A stretch of 64,000 nucleotides of DNA from Candidatus Altiarchaeota archaeon (GTDB taxonomy: Archaea; Altiarchaeota; Altiarchaeia; IMC4; SCGC-AAA252-I15). The notes under the pieces are model-generated. The model did no database searches, had not been told where the DNA came from, and saw only the letters and a program-made list of their open reading frames with translations. Shown piece after piece: positions 1 through 10,050 of the stretch (the first letter of the stretch is position 1; each line of letters begins with the position of its first letter). The stretch spans positions 22,474-86,473 of the forward strand of contig JAZDNF010000013.1 of NCBI GenBank assembly GCA_043800255.1. Direction: 5' to 3'. A program made the translations under genes and the position numbers.

Positions 1-1803
1 CATGTTGCCCTCTATTATGAGAACAGGCTTCGGGAAGTTCCTCACCATCTCGGAGGCCTGATTGAAAAGCCGCCTGTCGACGATAGACTGCAGAAAATCA
101 TCGACCGTCTTCCTCTCAACCGCGACCCTGTCGCTCAGGATATAGTCTGCAATCTCAAGCTGCTTCAGCTCGACAGCGCACTTTTCCCCCAACCGCTCGG
201 CAATGCGGGAATTCCTCTCCCTGACGTCGACAAAGACTTTGACCTCCACAGTACCCTTATCGTCTTTTGGGGTAAAATCCATGATACTCTGCTGTTTGGA
301 ATCGAAGCCGGTCTCCCCTGCCAAGCCTTTCACGAGATTTGACATCTTCTTCTCCTTGTGGTAGGCTGCCCACAGGTAACCCTCATCCCTAGTGCCCTTG
401 GATATCAGAACCTTCACCTCCCCAGCCTCGCTCCTCCCAGTCCTGCCCCGCCGCTGTATTGACCTGATCTCCGACGGTATGGGCTCGTAGAATACAACAA
501 GATCGACCTTCGGGATGTCCAAACCCTCCTCCGCCACAGACGTTGCGACCAGCACATCATAGAGTCCGTCCCTGAAATTCTCAAGGATTTCGACCTGCTT
601 CTTCTGAGTCATCCCCCGCTTGTAGTCCCGGGCAGCCTGGCCGACGAACTCGTGCACGCTGAGGCCGCTGTCAGCCAATGTTTTCACTATCTTCTCCACG
701 GAGTCCCTGTACTGGGTGAACACCAAAACGCGTTTGCCTTTATAATTTTGGACGATCTCGAGCAGCTTCCCGAGCTTCGGATGCTCCACGCCGGAATCCT
801 CGAGGGACTGCACATGCAGTCTCACCTTGGTGAACCTCGGATCAGACAGCAGCTTCCCAACCGCCTTAGACTTCTGCTTCGAAAGCCTCTCCAAGTAATG
901 GTGCAATGCTGACACGCCCTGCGTCTCCAAGAGCTCCAGCGCGTGGTTGACCTTCAATGCTGAGGCAACGACGGAAGCAGCCCCATAGGAGTCGGCGCCA
1001 TCAGTTATCTCCCCCCTTATTTCAGACTGGATTTTCAGCAGGATCCTCTTGTTGATTTTCTTCAGTTCTGCGCTCTCCAGGTAGCCGAGAACCTTCAGCA
1101 TCCTAACATCGTCTCTGAGTATCGACTCTAGTATCTCCTTCAGCCGCTTGAACTCCTCAGGGAGCACAACACCAACCCACTCGACCCTCGTTTCCTGGAC
1201 GTAAGGCCTCACGTCAACGTCCGTCTCAGTCTTAGCCTCAATCTGCTCGATGAACAGGTTAGCGCAGATTTCATCAATCTTCTCCTTCTGGCTGCTTGGA
1301 GACGCAGTCAACGCCAGTATCAGGGATTTGGAACGCTCACTCATGTACTTTCTTGCAATCCTCACGTATGAGTAATCGCCCGACGCCCTGTGGGCTTCGT
1401 CGAATATTATGAGGGAGTAATCCTTGAGGCTGAGGCCGCGTAGGAAGTCATTCTCTATCGTCTGCGGCGTGGCGAACACGAACTGAGCCGCCCAGTAGAG
1501 CTTCTTCCTCTGCGCTATTGGAACGGTTCCCGTGAGCAGCGCAGTGTCAGCCTCAACCAGGTTTTCGTCGAAGGTCCTCTTGTGCTGGACTGCCAACGGC
1601 TTCGTAGGGGCGAGGAACAGCACCTTATCCTGCGGGAACTCGCTTACTCTGGCGACGGCGACCAGCAACGCCACTATGGTCTTTCCCAGCCCGGTCGGCA
1701 GGACTACTAGAGTGTTCTTCTCCAGCGCATTGGAGAATATCCTCTCCTGATACTCCCTGACCTTGATCCGGTTAGGCTTCACCAGACGATGCTCAACGTA
1801 CAT
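1..1803 (-). CDS. hef: Hef-type helicase-nuclease, partial; the C-terminus runs off the window start
   Basis: The minus-strand ORF starts at ATG 1803 and stays open to position 1. It has a Walker A (LVVLPTGLGKT), a DEAH box (FDEAHRA) and helicase C motifs. It ends in an ERCC4/XPF nuclease motif (ERKTVDDF). The ORF track omits it because it is truncated. Confidence 0.8.
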   Translation of the reverse strand, partial: MYVEHRLVKPNRIKVREYQERIFSNALEKNTLVVLPTGLGKTIVALLVAVARVSEFPQDKVLFLAPTKPLAVQHKRTFDENLVEADTALLTGTVPIAQRKKLYWAAQFVFATPQTIENDFLRGLSLKDYSLIIFDEAHRASGDYSYVRIARKYMSERSKSLILALTASPSSQKEKIDEICANLFIEQIEAKTETDVDVRPYVQETRVEWVGVVLPEEFKRLKEILESILRDDVRMLKVLGYLESAELKKINKRILLKIQSEIRGEITDGADSYGAASVVASALKVNHALELLETQGVSALHHYLERLSKQKSKAVGKLLSDPRFTKVRLHVQSLEDSGVEHPKLGKLLEIVQNYKGKRVLVFTQYRDSVEKIVKTLADSGLSVHEFVGQAARDYKRGMTQKKQVEILENFRDGLYDVLVATSVAEEGLDIPKVDLVVFYEPIPSEIRSIQRRGRTGRSEAGEVKVLISKGTRDEGYLWAAYHKEKKMSNLVKGLAGETGFDSKQQSIMDFTPKDDKGTVEVKVFVDVRERNSRIAERLGEKCAVELKQLEIADYILSDRVAVERKTVDDFLQSIVDRRLFNQASEMVRNFPKPVLIIEGNM

Positions 1804-1839
1804 GGTAAGGTAATTAATAAACTGCGATAATATTATAGC

Positions 1840-2478
1840 ATGTCCTACTACATCAGGGGTAAGACGATAGCTGAAACCTGGAACAGGCTGCTGAATGTCA
1901 TATGGTATTCTGGAGAGGACATCAAAAGCCAGAGGGGGAAGACCAAAGAAATGTTGAACCTGATGTGCGAGGTCGCGAACCCGGCAGACAGGAGCATAAA
2001 AGGCTTCCCCATGGGCGAGGAAGAGCTTAAGGCGTACGCAAAACAGCTTCTGTCAAAGGACAGGAGCGGGTTCGAATACACATACGGGGAACGGCTTAGG
2101 GCTTGGGGTTCTGACATACTGGATAAGCCTGTGGACCAGCTTGACGCCATAGCGAAGACGCTGAAAAGGAGCAGAGGCACGAGGAGGGCGACGGCCGTCA
2201 CATGGATTCCGCCAATAGACTCAAAGAAGGAGGAGGTGCCGTGCCTGATTCTGGCGGACTTCAAAGTGAGGGATGGGAAGCTGAACCTCACCGCAGTGTT
2301 CAGGAGCAACGACATGTACGGCGCATGGCCTGCGAACATGTACGGTCTGAACAAGGTCAACAATTTCGTTGCAAAAAAGGTCGGAGTGAAGGCTGGCGCG
2401 ATAACGACACTTTCCATTTCAGCCCACGTCTACGAGCACGACTACGGCAACGTCAAGAAGGCGTTGAGGATTCAGTAG
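1840..2478 (+). CDS. thyA: Archaeal-type short thymidylate synthase (ThyA-like, ~210 aa)
   Basis: 212 aa. It resembles the short archaeal ThyA family (MJ0757-like) and has a conserved Cys in the PCLILADF region. Confidence 0.6.
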   Translation: MSYYIRGKTIAETWNRLLNVIWYSGEDIKSQRGKTKEMLNLMCEVANPADRSIKGFPMGEEELKAYAKQLLSKDRSGFEYTYGERLRAWGSDILDKPVDQLDAIAKTLKRSRGTRRATAVTWIPPIDSKKEEVPCLILADFKVRDGKLNLTAVFRSNDMYGAWPANMYGLNKVNNFVAKKVGVKAGAITTLSISAHVYEHDYGNVKKALRIQ

Positions 2479-3266
2479 CTTCCCAAGTCCTTGAGGAGAG
2501 TGGTGTGATGTTCCACTTCTTTGAGGATTCCATCGACCTCATTCCAGGACATGCCCCGGTTCTCGAAGTCCATGAAGAACAGGTACTCTCCCAGCTTCCT
2601 CCTGGAAGGCCTAGACTCTATCTTCGTCAGATTAATGTTTTTGTCTGCGAAAATCTTGAGGATGCCGTACAGGGCTCCGGGCCTGTCCTTCACGGCGAAT
2701 ATGATTGAGGTCTTATCGCCCTTCGATTTTTTCTTCGATATCGCGATAAACCTGGTCTGGCTCGGCTCGTCCTGCACGTTCTCCCGTATCACCTTCAGGC
2801 CGTACCTGACGGCAGCATACTTGGGGCCGATTGCAGACGCACGGACCTCATCTGCGATATCTCTCACAGCAGCTGCAGTAGACGCAGAGGATACACGGAC
2901 GGCCTTAGGATAGTTTTCTTTGATGAAATTAGCTGATTGATCTAATGCATGAGGATGAGACATTATTTTATCGATTTCATCAGAGTCACTGTTTGAAATT
3001 AAACACAAATTTATGTCAAGAACAATTTCAGCCACAATATAAACATCGTATGATAGGAGACACGCCATAGTCTTTGCCACGCTACCCTCAAGAGAATTCT
3101 CAATTGCGACAACACCATACTCTGTTTTCCCGTCGCTTACACTGTCGAAGACCTCTGCTTCATTACTGCAGTAGACTATTTCTGCGCTAGGGTAAATTTC
3201 CCTCGCCGCTGACTCCGTGAACGTCCCCTCGGGGCCCAGCACTGCGACCCTAGCATTGCCTTTCAT
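2472..3266 (-). CDS. pheA: Prephenate dehydratase with C-terminal ACT domain
   Basis: Typical PDT N-terminus (RVAVLGPEGTFTE) and ESRP motif, followed by an ACT domain. Confidence 0.8.
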   Translation of the reverse strand: MKGNARVAVLGPEGTFTESAAREIYPSAEIVYCSNEAEVFDSVSDGKTEYGVVAIENSLEGSVAKTMACLLSYDVYIVAEIVLDINLCLISNSDSDEIDKIMSHPHALDQSANFIKENYPKAVRVSSASTAAAVRDIADEVRASAIGPKYAAVRYGLKVIRENVQDEPSQTRFIAISKKKSKGDKTSIIFAVKDRPGALYGILKIFADKNINLTKIESRPSRRKLGEYLFFMDFENRGMSWNEVDGILKEVEHHTTLLKDLGSY

Positions 3267-3519
3267 TGTCCTTACAGTATTCGATTATATTCTTGAAAAG
3301 CCCTCTCACGAACTTCTCGTCCAGGTCGGACTTCAAGACCATGTTCCGTAGTATCCTCTCCTCGCGTTCAACGTCCTCGGTTGGGAGGCCTGCCGCCCTC
3401 TTCACGTCGCCTATCCGCTTCACGATCTTAAGCCGCTCCTCGACCAGCTTCAGCAGCTCTGCATCGAGTTCGTCGATCTCCCTCCTAAGCTCGTCTATCT
3501 CATCATCATAGCTTCCCAT
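3250..3519 (-). CDS. Chorismate mutase, AroQ class
   Basis: 89-aa all-helical protein with the AroQ signature (LDxELLxLVxERL...R). It overlaps both pheA and the upstream herA-like gene. Confidence 0.75.
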   Translation of the reverse strand: MGSYDDEIDELRREIDELDAELLKLVEERLKIVKRIGDVKRAAGLPTEDVEREERILRNMVLKSDLDEKFVRGLFKNIIEYCKDNERQC

Positions 3520-5035
3520 CGTTCCACGCTCCTACAATGTCGATGTCCTCGCCCCGGACTTCAGTCTCCCTGGGACGGATTTTTACCGGGACAGGCAGGT
3601 TCACGGCGGCGCCAACAACTATGGCCTCCCCCCTCGCTAGCGAGGGCAGATCTCTCACTATGTCCTCCGTGACGGTTTCAACCGACTGCCTGATGTACTC
3701 CTGGTCTGAAGGGTTCATGATCTTCATTATTATCTGAGTATTACACTGCGATAGTATATCAGCGTCCAGTTTGTTGGGCCGCTGGCTCACAACGCACAAT
3801 CCGACGCCGAATTTCCTGCCCTCCCTCGCTATCTTCCTCAGAATCGGCTTAGAGAGTATGTTATCGCCCTCAACTACTCTGGGAGCGAAATTATGCGCCT
3901 CTTCCACGATTATGAGAACGGGCGTGTCAAGTCTGACGCCGTTGGCGTCGCCCTTCACGAACCTCTTCCTTGCCGAGAATATGCCCCTCGACACCGTCGA
4001 TACTATGGTCTCGCTCACTTTTTCATCAGCCTCAGAGAGGTTTATGACGGTCAGCTGGTTCCTGCAGACTATGTCGTTCAGTGAGGTGCCGCTCATCTGG
4101 AAGACTCTCATCCTCTCAAGGCGGCTGATCCGCCTTATCAACGCGCCCACCGTGGAAAGGCTGACCTTCTGGGTTATGCCCTTCAGCACATCGGATGGGA
4201 ATATGTCGGTGTCGACCTTCTTCCCGTCCTTCTTTATGTCATAGATGATGCCAAGCAGGTTGAGCACGATGCTAAGATCGTACTCGTCGTAGAACTTATA
4301 AGCGAGGGTCAGAACCTCGTCGAGCAGATCCCTCTGCGTTGAAGTCAGGTCTGGAATCAGGTTTGAGAAATCGGCTGTGGTGAGCGTGCTTGCCGCGACC
4401 GTTATCCTGTCCTTGCCTTCTATGCCGTAGACTCTCACCTTCGAGTCCTTGAATCTGACGTCCTTGAACTCTCCGTGGGGGTCGAAGAGCACGACAGACC
4501 CGCGTTTTTTCATTATCTCCTCCACCAGGACGCCGACGGTGTAGCTTTTGCCTGCCCCAGTCATCGCCAGCACGGCGCAATGCCGTGATATGAGCTCGTT
4601 GATTGAGACGTAAACCGAGACGTTGTCCCTTGTGGAAAGCGTCCCAATGTGGGCTGACTTCGCGGCATCCTGCCGGAGCAGCCTCTTGAGCATCTCATCG
4701 TCCGCAAGGTAGACTCCGACTCCGGGCTGGATCCCGTGCCTGGGAATCTCAAGGCTGCCGTTGTTCTCAAAGCCGAGAACCTTCACCACCGAAACAGGGT
4801 ACTCGCCCTCGTTGAGGACGATATGGTCCATCCGCATGTCCCTGCCGAACTCGTCCGGCAGCAGCTCGTTCGAGATTGTAATCTCCTTCACTATGCCGAG
4901 CACGTCCTTGCCTGTCACAGACTCCTTGACGCAGACGAACTCATCACGCTTGACGTGCTCCTCCATGCTCTCCTTTATCACGAACCTAAAGCCCCGGAGG
5001 GATGTTGTGCCTATGACCTGCCCGACTGGCTCCAT
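3506..5035 (-). CDS. HerA-like DUF87 ATPase (HerA/FtsK superfamily helicase)
   Basis: Walker A (AMTGAGKSYTVG), Walker B (IVEEAH) and a VVSQRP motif. ~509 aa, typical for HerA. No nurA, mre11 or rad50 gene is adjacent. Confidence 0.7.
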   Translation of the reverse strand: MEPVGQVIGTTSLRGFRFVIKESMEEHVKRDEFVCVKESVTGKDVLGIVKEITISNELLPDEFGRDMRMDHIVLNEGEYPVSVVKVLGFENNGSLEIPRHGIQPGVGVYLADDEMLKRLLRQDAAKSAHIGTLSTRDNVSVYVSINELISRHCAVLAMTGAGKSYTVGVLVEEIMKKRGSVVLFDPHGEFKDVRFKDSKVRVYGIEGKDRITVAASTLTTADFSNLIPDLTSTQRDLLDEVLTLAYKFYDEYDLSIVLNLLGIIYDIKKDGKKVDTDIFPSDVLKGITQKVSLSTVGALIRRISRLERMRVFQMSGTSLNDIVCRNQLTVINLSEADEKVSETIVSTVSRGIFSARKRFVKGDANGVRLDTPVLIIVEEAHNFAPRVVEGDNILSKPILRKIAREGRKFGVGLCVVSQRPNKLDADILSQCNTQIIMKIMNPSDQEYIRQSVETVTEDIVRDLPSLARGEAIVVGAAVNLPVPVKIRPRETEVRGEDIDIVGAWNDGKL

Positions 5036-5070
5036 GATATAATATCCAGTTGTATGAATAAATTAATCGC

Positions 5071-5586
5071 ATGAAGTTTATCACGCTTTTTGCCCTGATG
5101 TCGGTCTTGCTCGTCGCAGGATGCACGAAAGGCAAGTCTCCAGCCGTTACGACAACAATGTCGGCGCAGGCTTCGAGCATTTCAACATCGACCCTGGAGG
5201 GGAAGGTAAGCTTTCTCATGAACTTTGAGGATTATGAGAAGACTGGCGTACTGTCCTTTGACATGGAGAACAACCTCGGAGGCGACATCTACCTGATGGG
5301 ATCATCGGGCATACACCCGTGGTACATGGTCAGCCTGACGTTGGAAAAGTTTGCAGACGGCAACTGGATCGCTGTTGTGAACGCCTCAGACTACGGTGTG
5401 CCAGACCAGATGGTGGATGTCCCGCCTCTCAAGATAGAACGAGGAGGAGTCTATCATCTGGAGTGGAATCACAAGATACCAGACCCGGTGAACGGGACGT
5501 ACAGGTTCGCTCTCGGCTACTATCTGACGAAAAAACTTGAGTTCCATCAGAGGACGCACTCGCATGAGTTCACGGTAGGAAAATGA
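5071..5586 (+). CDS. Lipoprotein, hypothetical
   Basis: Signal peptide with a lipobox (LLVAGC). Confidence 0.5.
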   Translation: MKFITLFALMSVLLVAGCTKGKSPAVTTTMSAQASSISTSTLEGKVSFLMNFEDYEKTGVLSFDMENNLGGDIYLMGSSGIHPWYMVSLTLEKFADGNWIAVVNASDYGVPDQMVDVPPLKIERGGVYHLEWNHKIPDPVNGTYRFALGYYLTKKLEFHQRTHSHEFTVGK

Positions 5587-6080
5587 CAAAAGCGCTTGTT
5601 ATAGGGAGGTTCCAGCCGTTCCACATAGGCCATCTATCCGGGATAGAGTTCGTCCTCAACAGGGTGGACAAGGTCATAATAGGGATTGGGAGCAGCCAGG
5701 AGAGCAACACCCGCGAGAACCCGTTCAGCGCGGACGAGAGAAAGAGCATGATAGAACGGTCGCTTGACTACGACAATAGCAGGTACGATATCGTCTACAT
5801 CCCGGACATAAACGACGATGTCAGGTGGGTGGGGCATGTGAGGAAGATTGTTCCAGAATTCGACCACGTCTATACCAACGGCGAGAATGAGATGAGACTT
5901 TTCAAGGATGCCGGCTGCGACATCAAGAACATACCATTCTACAACAAAAGCACCTACAACGCGACCAACATAAGGGAGAGGATGAGAGTCGGCAGGCCTT
6001 GGAAGCATCTCGTCCCGCAGGGAACAGCCAAGACGATAGACGAGGTCGATGGTGCGAGAAGGGTGAAGGAGCTAGGCTGA
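5583..6080 (+). CDS. nadM: Nicotinamide-nucleotide adenylyltransferase (archaeal NMNAT)
   Basis: Cytidylyltransferase motif (GRFQPFHIGH). ~165 aa, matching the archaeal NMNAT family. Confidence 0.8.
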   Translation: MTKALVIGRFQPFHIGHLSGIEFVLNRVDKVIIGIGSSQESNTRENPFSADERKSMIERSLDYDNSRYDIVYIPDINDDVRWVGHVRKIVPEFDHVYTNGENEMRLFKDAGCDIKNIPFYNKSTYNATNIRERMRVGRPWKHLVPQGTAKTIDEVDGARRVKELG

Positions 6081-7607
6081 ACTCAAAAGTTTTCGGTATA
6101 GGCTGATGTAGCCGTCAACTGTCGCCTTGATCGTGAAAAGCCTTGCCCTTCTCATGCCGTTAGCCTGGAGCTGCCGGTAGATTTTCCGGTCCTTTTTTAT
6201 GAGAGCGTACATCTCCAGAATACGCTCAGAGAGGTCGTACGGGTTCGCGATGCTCACCAGCATGCCAGTGGACTTCCTGAAATCCATGAATCTGCTGTCA
6301 GCTATTCCGGGATAGTCAACCTGCACGTCCCTTATGCCTCCGGTCCTGGAGCCTATCACCGGAGCTCCCTTGCACATTGCCTCAATCTGGGTGAAACCGA
6401 AAGGCTCGAAGCGTGATGGCATAATGTAGGCGTCGGCCGCAAGATAATAGGGCATTAGGTCATCAACCCATCCCCTCTTCACGTACACCTTTTTAGGATG
6501 CTTCTGCCTCAACTTCCGGAGTATGTTCTTGACCTTCCTGTCGAGGTTCCTCCCTCCTGCCAGGAGTATGAACCGGACATCCTCAATCCGCGGGTTCTCC
6601 TCCAGGAACATGTCAACAGACTGAACAAGGGCGTCTGTCGCCTTCTGCCCGGTGTTCTGCCGACCAGTATTCAGGAAGACTATGCCATCCTTCAGGCCTA
6701 ACAATCTGAGGAGCTTCGACTTCGCATTCCTCTTCTTCCCTAAGTCGGATAGTGTCATCTCTCTGACGTTCATGCCGTTGTAGACGTAGGCGAACTTGTC
6801 CTTGGGGATGCCCTTACTCTTGAAGGGAGGCCACACGTCATACTTTAGGTAGCTCCTGCTTACCGTGTTCACCATGTCAGCATAGTATGCTATGATGCCC
6901 TCAGTCCATACTGGACTCAGGACCCTTCCCCCGCGTCCTTTTTTCCTGCCCTTCGCAGGCGTGTAGGCGAACCGCTCGATTATCGAGGCAGGAATAAATT
7001 TTGAGATGCCGAAATCTTTGAGCACCTTTCTTGGGACCATGTCATCGACTCCCTTCTCATGCCCTAGCAGGTGTATCGTGAAAAGAAATCTCACGTTGGG
7101 AAAACGTCTTCTGACCAGCAGAGCGGCCATGCCAGCCTGCCGGTCATTCGCATGCAGCAGAACATTTTTGTCCTTCAGGTTTCTCCTGAAGTAGGTCAGA
7201 AAAGCCTTGGCGAACAATGCGACCTTCTCGTGCTTCCGTTTCAGGGGATAGGGGTTCTTTACGTTCAAAGCCGACTGTTCGTCCGAAGAGAAGAGGACTA
7301 TGTTCTTCCTCCCGGTAAGCCCTCGCATCCTGCGAGCCTTTACCGTCAAGTTTCCGCCGTTCACACTAATCTTAAATGAGTCGACAACCTCTGTTGCAGC
7401 CTCCAGGTCTATTCCATGCGAGGGGAGGAAAATCTGGACATCCACGCCCCGTTTCACCAGCCCGGCCTCAAGGCCCTTGATGAACGTGTTAAGCCCGCCC
7501 ACGGTGCGCGGAGGGTATTCGAACGTCAGAAGGCAAATCTTCTCTCGCATCTTCGGTTCTGTTCTTTTAAGCATGCTCCCTTTTGACAGGCTGATATCGT
7601 CTCTCAC
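6072..7607 (-). CDS. glgA: Glycogen/starch synthase-like glycosyltransferase (GT5 N-terminus + GT1 C-terminus)
   Basis: N-terminal FEYPPxxVGGL motif and C-terminal EPFGFTQIEAM GT1 motif. 511 aa. Confidence 0.65.
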   Translation of the reverse strand: MRDDISLSKGSMLKRTEPKMREKICLLTFEYPPRTVGGLNTFIKGLEAGLVKRGVDVQIFLPSHGIDLEAATEVVDSFKISVNGGNLTVKARRMRGLTGRKNIVLFSSDEQSALNVKNPYPLKRKHEKVALFAKAFLTYFRRNLKDKNVLLHANDRQAGMAALLVRRRFPNVRFLFTIHLLGHEKGVDDMVPRKVLKDFGISKFIPASIIERFAYTPAKGRKKGRGGRVLSPVWTEGIIAYYADMVNTVSRSYLKYDVWPPFKSKGIPKDKFAYVYNGMNVREMTLSDLGKKRNAKSKLLRLLGLKDGIVFLNTGRQNTGQKATDALVQSVDMFLEENPRIEDVRFILLAGGRNLDRKVKNILRKLRQKHPKKVYVKRGWVDDLMPYYLAADAYIMPSRFEPFGFTQIEAMCKGAPVIGSRTGGIRDVQVDYPGIADSRFMDFRKSTGMLVSIANPYDLSERILEMYALIKKDRKIYRQLQANGMRRARLFTIKATVDGYISLYRKLLSSA

Positions 7608-8257
7608 CGGATGAATGCCAGTGCCTCGTCTATCCTGCCGAGCTCTATGCCGGTGGTCCTCATGCCGGTAACATAGCCTTCGGAGTTCGCAACCAACCCG
7701 GATTTTACGAAGGGGATGCCGGTGTTCACAGAGCCGACGTTGCCTTCAACCTTCAGAACCTCTGAAATCTCTTTCAGCTGGCCCTCAGCGTCAGGGTGTG
7801 CTAAGAATCCGGTGTTGGTTGCAGCAAGGCATACGCCGGATTCCTCATGGCCTCCGACAGGCATTCTTTCGACGTCAACGCCGAGAACCTCAGATATTAT
7901 CTTCGTGTCCTCCAATTTGGGGCTCACTATCGCACCATGGTCATTACAGGAGATCAGATTGCCCAACGCGGTGAACCGCTCATCGACCCTGCCGACCCTG
8001 ATCTTGTGTTTTTTGAAGAATGTTAGGGCGTCCTTGATCTCAGAGTCGGAGACGAAATACGGGAAGAGAATGCCGTTCGAGTTGCCTGCGCAGAACATTC
8101 CCACGAGAGTGGTGCCGTAAACGTGCATCCTGAGGGTGGGCGCTTTGAAGACGTTTATCTCAGGGAAAGAGTGCGACAGTACCACGTACCGGTCGGTCGC
8201 AAAACCCAGCAATCCGATGAAATCCTCCCCCCTGACCCTAATCTGCTGGTAGTACAT
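7604..8257 (-). CDS. eif6: Translation initiation factor 6 (aIF6)
   Basis: Full-length similarity to aIF6 pentein repeats. It lies immediately downstream of rpl31e, as in many archaea. Confidence 0.85.
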   Translation of the reverse strand: MYYQQIRVRGEDFIGLLGFATDRYVVLSHSFPEINVFKAPTLRMHVYGTTLVGMFCAGNSNGILFPYFVSDSEIKDALTFFKKHKIRVGRVDERFTALGNLISCNDHGAIVSPKLEDTKIISEVLGVDVERMPVGGHEESGVCLAATNTGFLAHPDAEGQLKEISEVLKVEGNVGSVNTGIPFVKSGLVANSEGYVTGMRTTGIELGRIDEALAFIR

Positions 8258-8258
8258 C

Positions 8259-8516
8259 CTACTTCCCAGATAATGAGGCGACCGTCTTATCCTCTTCCGA
8301 GGTTACGGTGACCTTTATCCTCCTCGGCGGCTTCTGGATGCCTCTCGCCCAGAGCATCTCGTTGACTGATTTGTCAACCTTCACCGGCTTCTTCAGACGC
8401 TTCTCAAGAAACTTTCGCACATATTTTACAGCGTCAGCAGCTCTCCTAGACTTCCTCTTGTCGTAAACTACCCCTAACGGGATCCAAATGTCCTTAGAAT
8501 CTTCCTTTGCAGCCAT
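8259..8516 (-). CDS. rpl31e: Ribosomal protein L31e
   Basis: 85 aa with the L31e signature region (VRKFLEKRLKKPVKVDKSVNEMLWARG). Confidence 0.85.
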   Translation of the reverse strand: MAAKEDSKDIWIPLGVVYDKRKSRRAADAVKYVRKFLEKRLKKPVKVDKSVNEMLWARGIQKPPRRIKVTVTSEEDKTVASLSGK

Positions 8517-8519
8517 TTT

Positions 8520-8951
8520 CTACCTTATGTAAGAGTTAATGTCATCCTCATCGTCTTTCTTGTCGTCTGGTATCATGATCTTCGGCGTCGGAAACGGCGC
8601 CGGAAGCCTGACCTCCCTCGACAGTACCGTAGCCTCGACGATGCAGTTCAGGAGTATGGTATTGTGAACCTTCTCGGCGATATCCTTCGGGAGGTTCTTG
8701 TTCCCGCTCTTCTCCCACTGCTCGAATATGCTCTCGATCTTTTCCTTGGAATCCTCCAAGGACAGCTCCCCCGCTATCTTTATGACGCCGACGTTGGGCT
8801 CGTAGACGCTAGTGAACCTGAACATCACGGACAGAGCAGTCTCAGACTGCTTGACCTCAGTCACCGTGCTGTTGTTGTTTATGGTAACATTCTGAGGGAC
8901 GTCTGAAATGCGCCTGGCCTCGATGCTCAACACGCTCAAGTTTATTTTCAT
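8520..8951 (-). CDS. Hypothetical protein co-transcribed upstream of rpl31e-eif6
   Basis: 143-aa ORF lying 3 nt upstream of rpl31e on the same strand. It has an acidic C-terminus and no motif I recognise. Confidence 0.4.
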   Translation of the reverse strand: MKINLSVLSIEARRISDVPQNVTINNNSTVTEVKQSETALSVMFRFTSVYEPNVGVIKIAGELSLEDSKEKIESIFEQWEKSGNKNLPKDIAEKVHNTILLNCIVEATVLSREVRLPAPFPTPKIMIPDDKKDDEDDINSYIR

Positions 8952-9007
8952 GCTAACCTAATTATGCTCTATTTAATAAAATAAGGCCTATATCTTTTGG
9001 GGATACC

Positions 9008-10042
9008 ATGTCTGAACCGGTTTTCAGCCAATATTACGCCAGCGCATTATACGCCCTCGCCACTTTGGCAGCGTCTGTCATCGTCGCAAAGCTCGTATAC
9101 GCCATACTCGGAAAGTACGCTAGCAGGGTCGCATCGAAGACGAAATCTGACCTTGATGACAGGATTCTCGAAAAGGTCAAGGCACCCGTATACTATATTA
9201 TAATACTTGTAGGATTCAACCTCGCCCTCGGAGGCATGCTATCTGAGAGGTATGCTGGCATCGCCGGAAAAGCCATATCATCGCTTCTCATACTGGTGGC
9301 AGCGTGGGCTGGCGTTTCTCTGGTTGACATTCTCATACTGGATTTTGGCAAGAAACTTGTATCGAAGACGAAGACGACCGTTGACGATCAGGCGCTTCCC
9401 TTCCTGTCTAAGGTTGCGAAGATCGCATTATATGCTGTGGCGGTCACGATCATACTTGACAGGTTCGGCTACTCGATAACCCCTATTGTCGCAAGCTTGG
9501 GTGTTGCAGGCATCGCAGTAGGCTTCGCAGCCAAGGACACCCTCTCAAACCTTCTTGGGGGGTTTTTCATAATGGCGGACCGCCCTTTTGTGATAGGGGA
9601 CAGGATACAGGTCGGCAGCAACATTGGAGAGGTTATCGACGTCGGCCTGAGGACCACGAAGATTGAAACGCTTGAGCATACGATAGTCATAATACCCAAC
9701 TCTGAAATCGTCATGCGGGAGGTCACAAACTACTCCCTCCCTGATGTAAGAATCATAGTCAAACACCGTATTGGAGTCGCCTACGGCTCAGATCCCGAGA
9801 AGGTTAAGCGGATTCTGACCGAGATTGCAAGAAGCTGCAAGGTCCTGCCGGAACCTGAGCCGAGAGTCTATTTCACGGAATTCGCAGACTCCTCCCTCAA
9901 CTTCGACATAGTCTTCTGGGTCGACGACTTCAGGAAAAAACCCGAAGTCATAGACGAAATCAACACCAAAATAAACAAAAGATTCCAAGAAGAAGGCATC
10001 GAAATACCCTACCCAACCAGGACAGTATATCTGAAAAAATAA
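9008..10042 (+). CDS. Mechanosensitive ion channel, MscS family
   Basis: Three N-terminal TM helices followed by the MscS beta-domain (GDRIQVGSNIGEVIDVGLRTTKIET). Confidence 0.75.
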   Translation: MSEPVFSQYYASALYALATLAASVIVAKLVYAILGKYASRVASKTKSDLDDRILEKVKAPVYYIIILVGFNLALGGMLSERYAGIAGKAISSLLILVAAWAGVSLVDILILDFGKKLVSKTKTTVDDQALPFLSKVAKIALYAVAVTIILDRFGYSITPIVASLGVAGIAVGFAAKDTLSNLLGGFFIMADRPFVIGDRIQVGSNIGEVIDVGLRTTKIETLEHTIVIIPNSEIVMREVTNYSLPDVRIIVKHRIGVAYGSDPEKVKRILTEIARSCKVLPEPEPRVYFTEFADSSLNFDIVFWVDDFRKKPEVIDEINTKINKRFQEEGIEIPYPTRTVYLKK

Positions 10043-10050
10043 CAGAACAC

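Noticed and set aside
1848-2417. Track ORFs lying antisense to, or out of frame within, clearly homologous genes. Examples are 1848-2417(-), 2202-2708(+), 37025-39230(+) inside cdc48, 26225-27052(-) inside the coiled-coil gene, 42666-43214(-) inside aroA, and 61302-62209 inside alaS.
   Set aside because: They are shadow ORFs with low-complexity, Ser/Arg/Pro-rich translations, and the opposite strand or frame carries a recognisable conserved protein.
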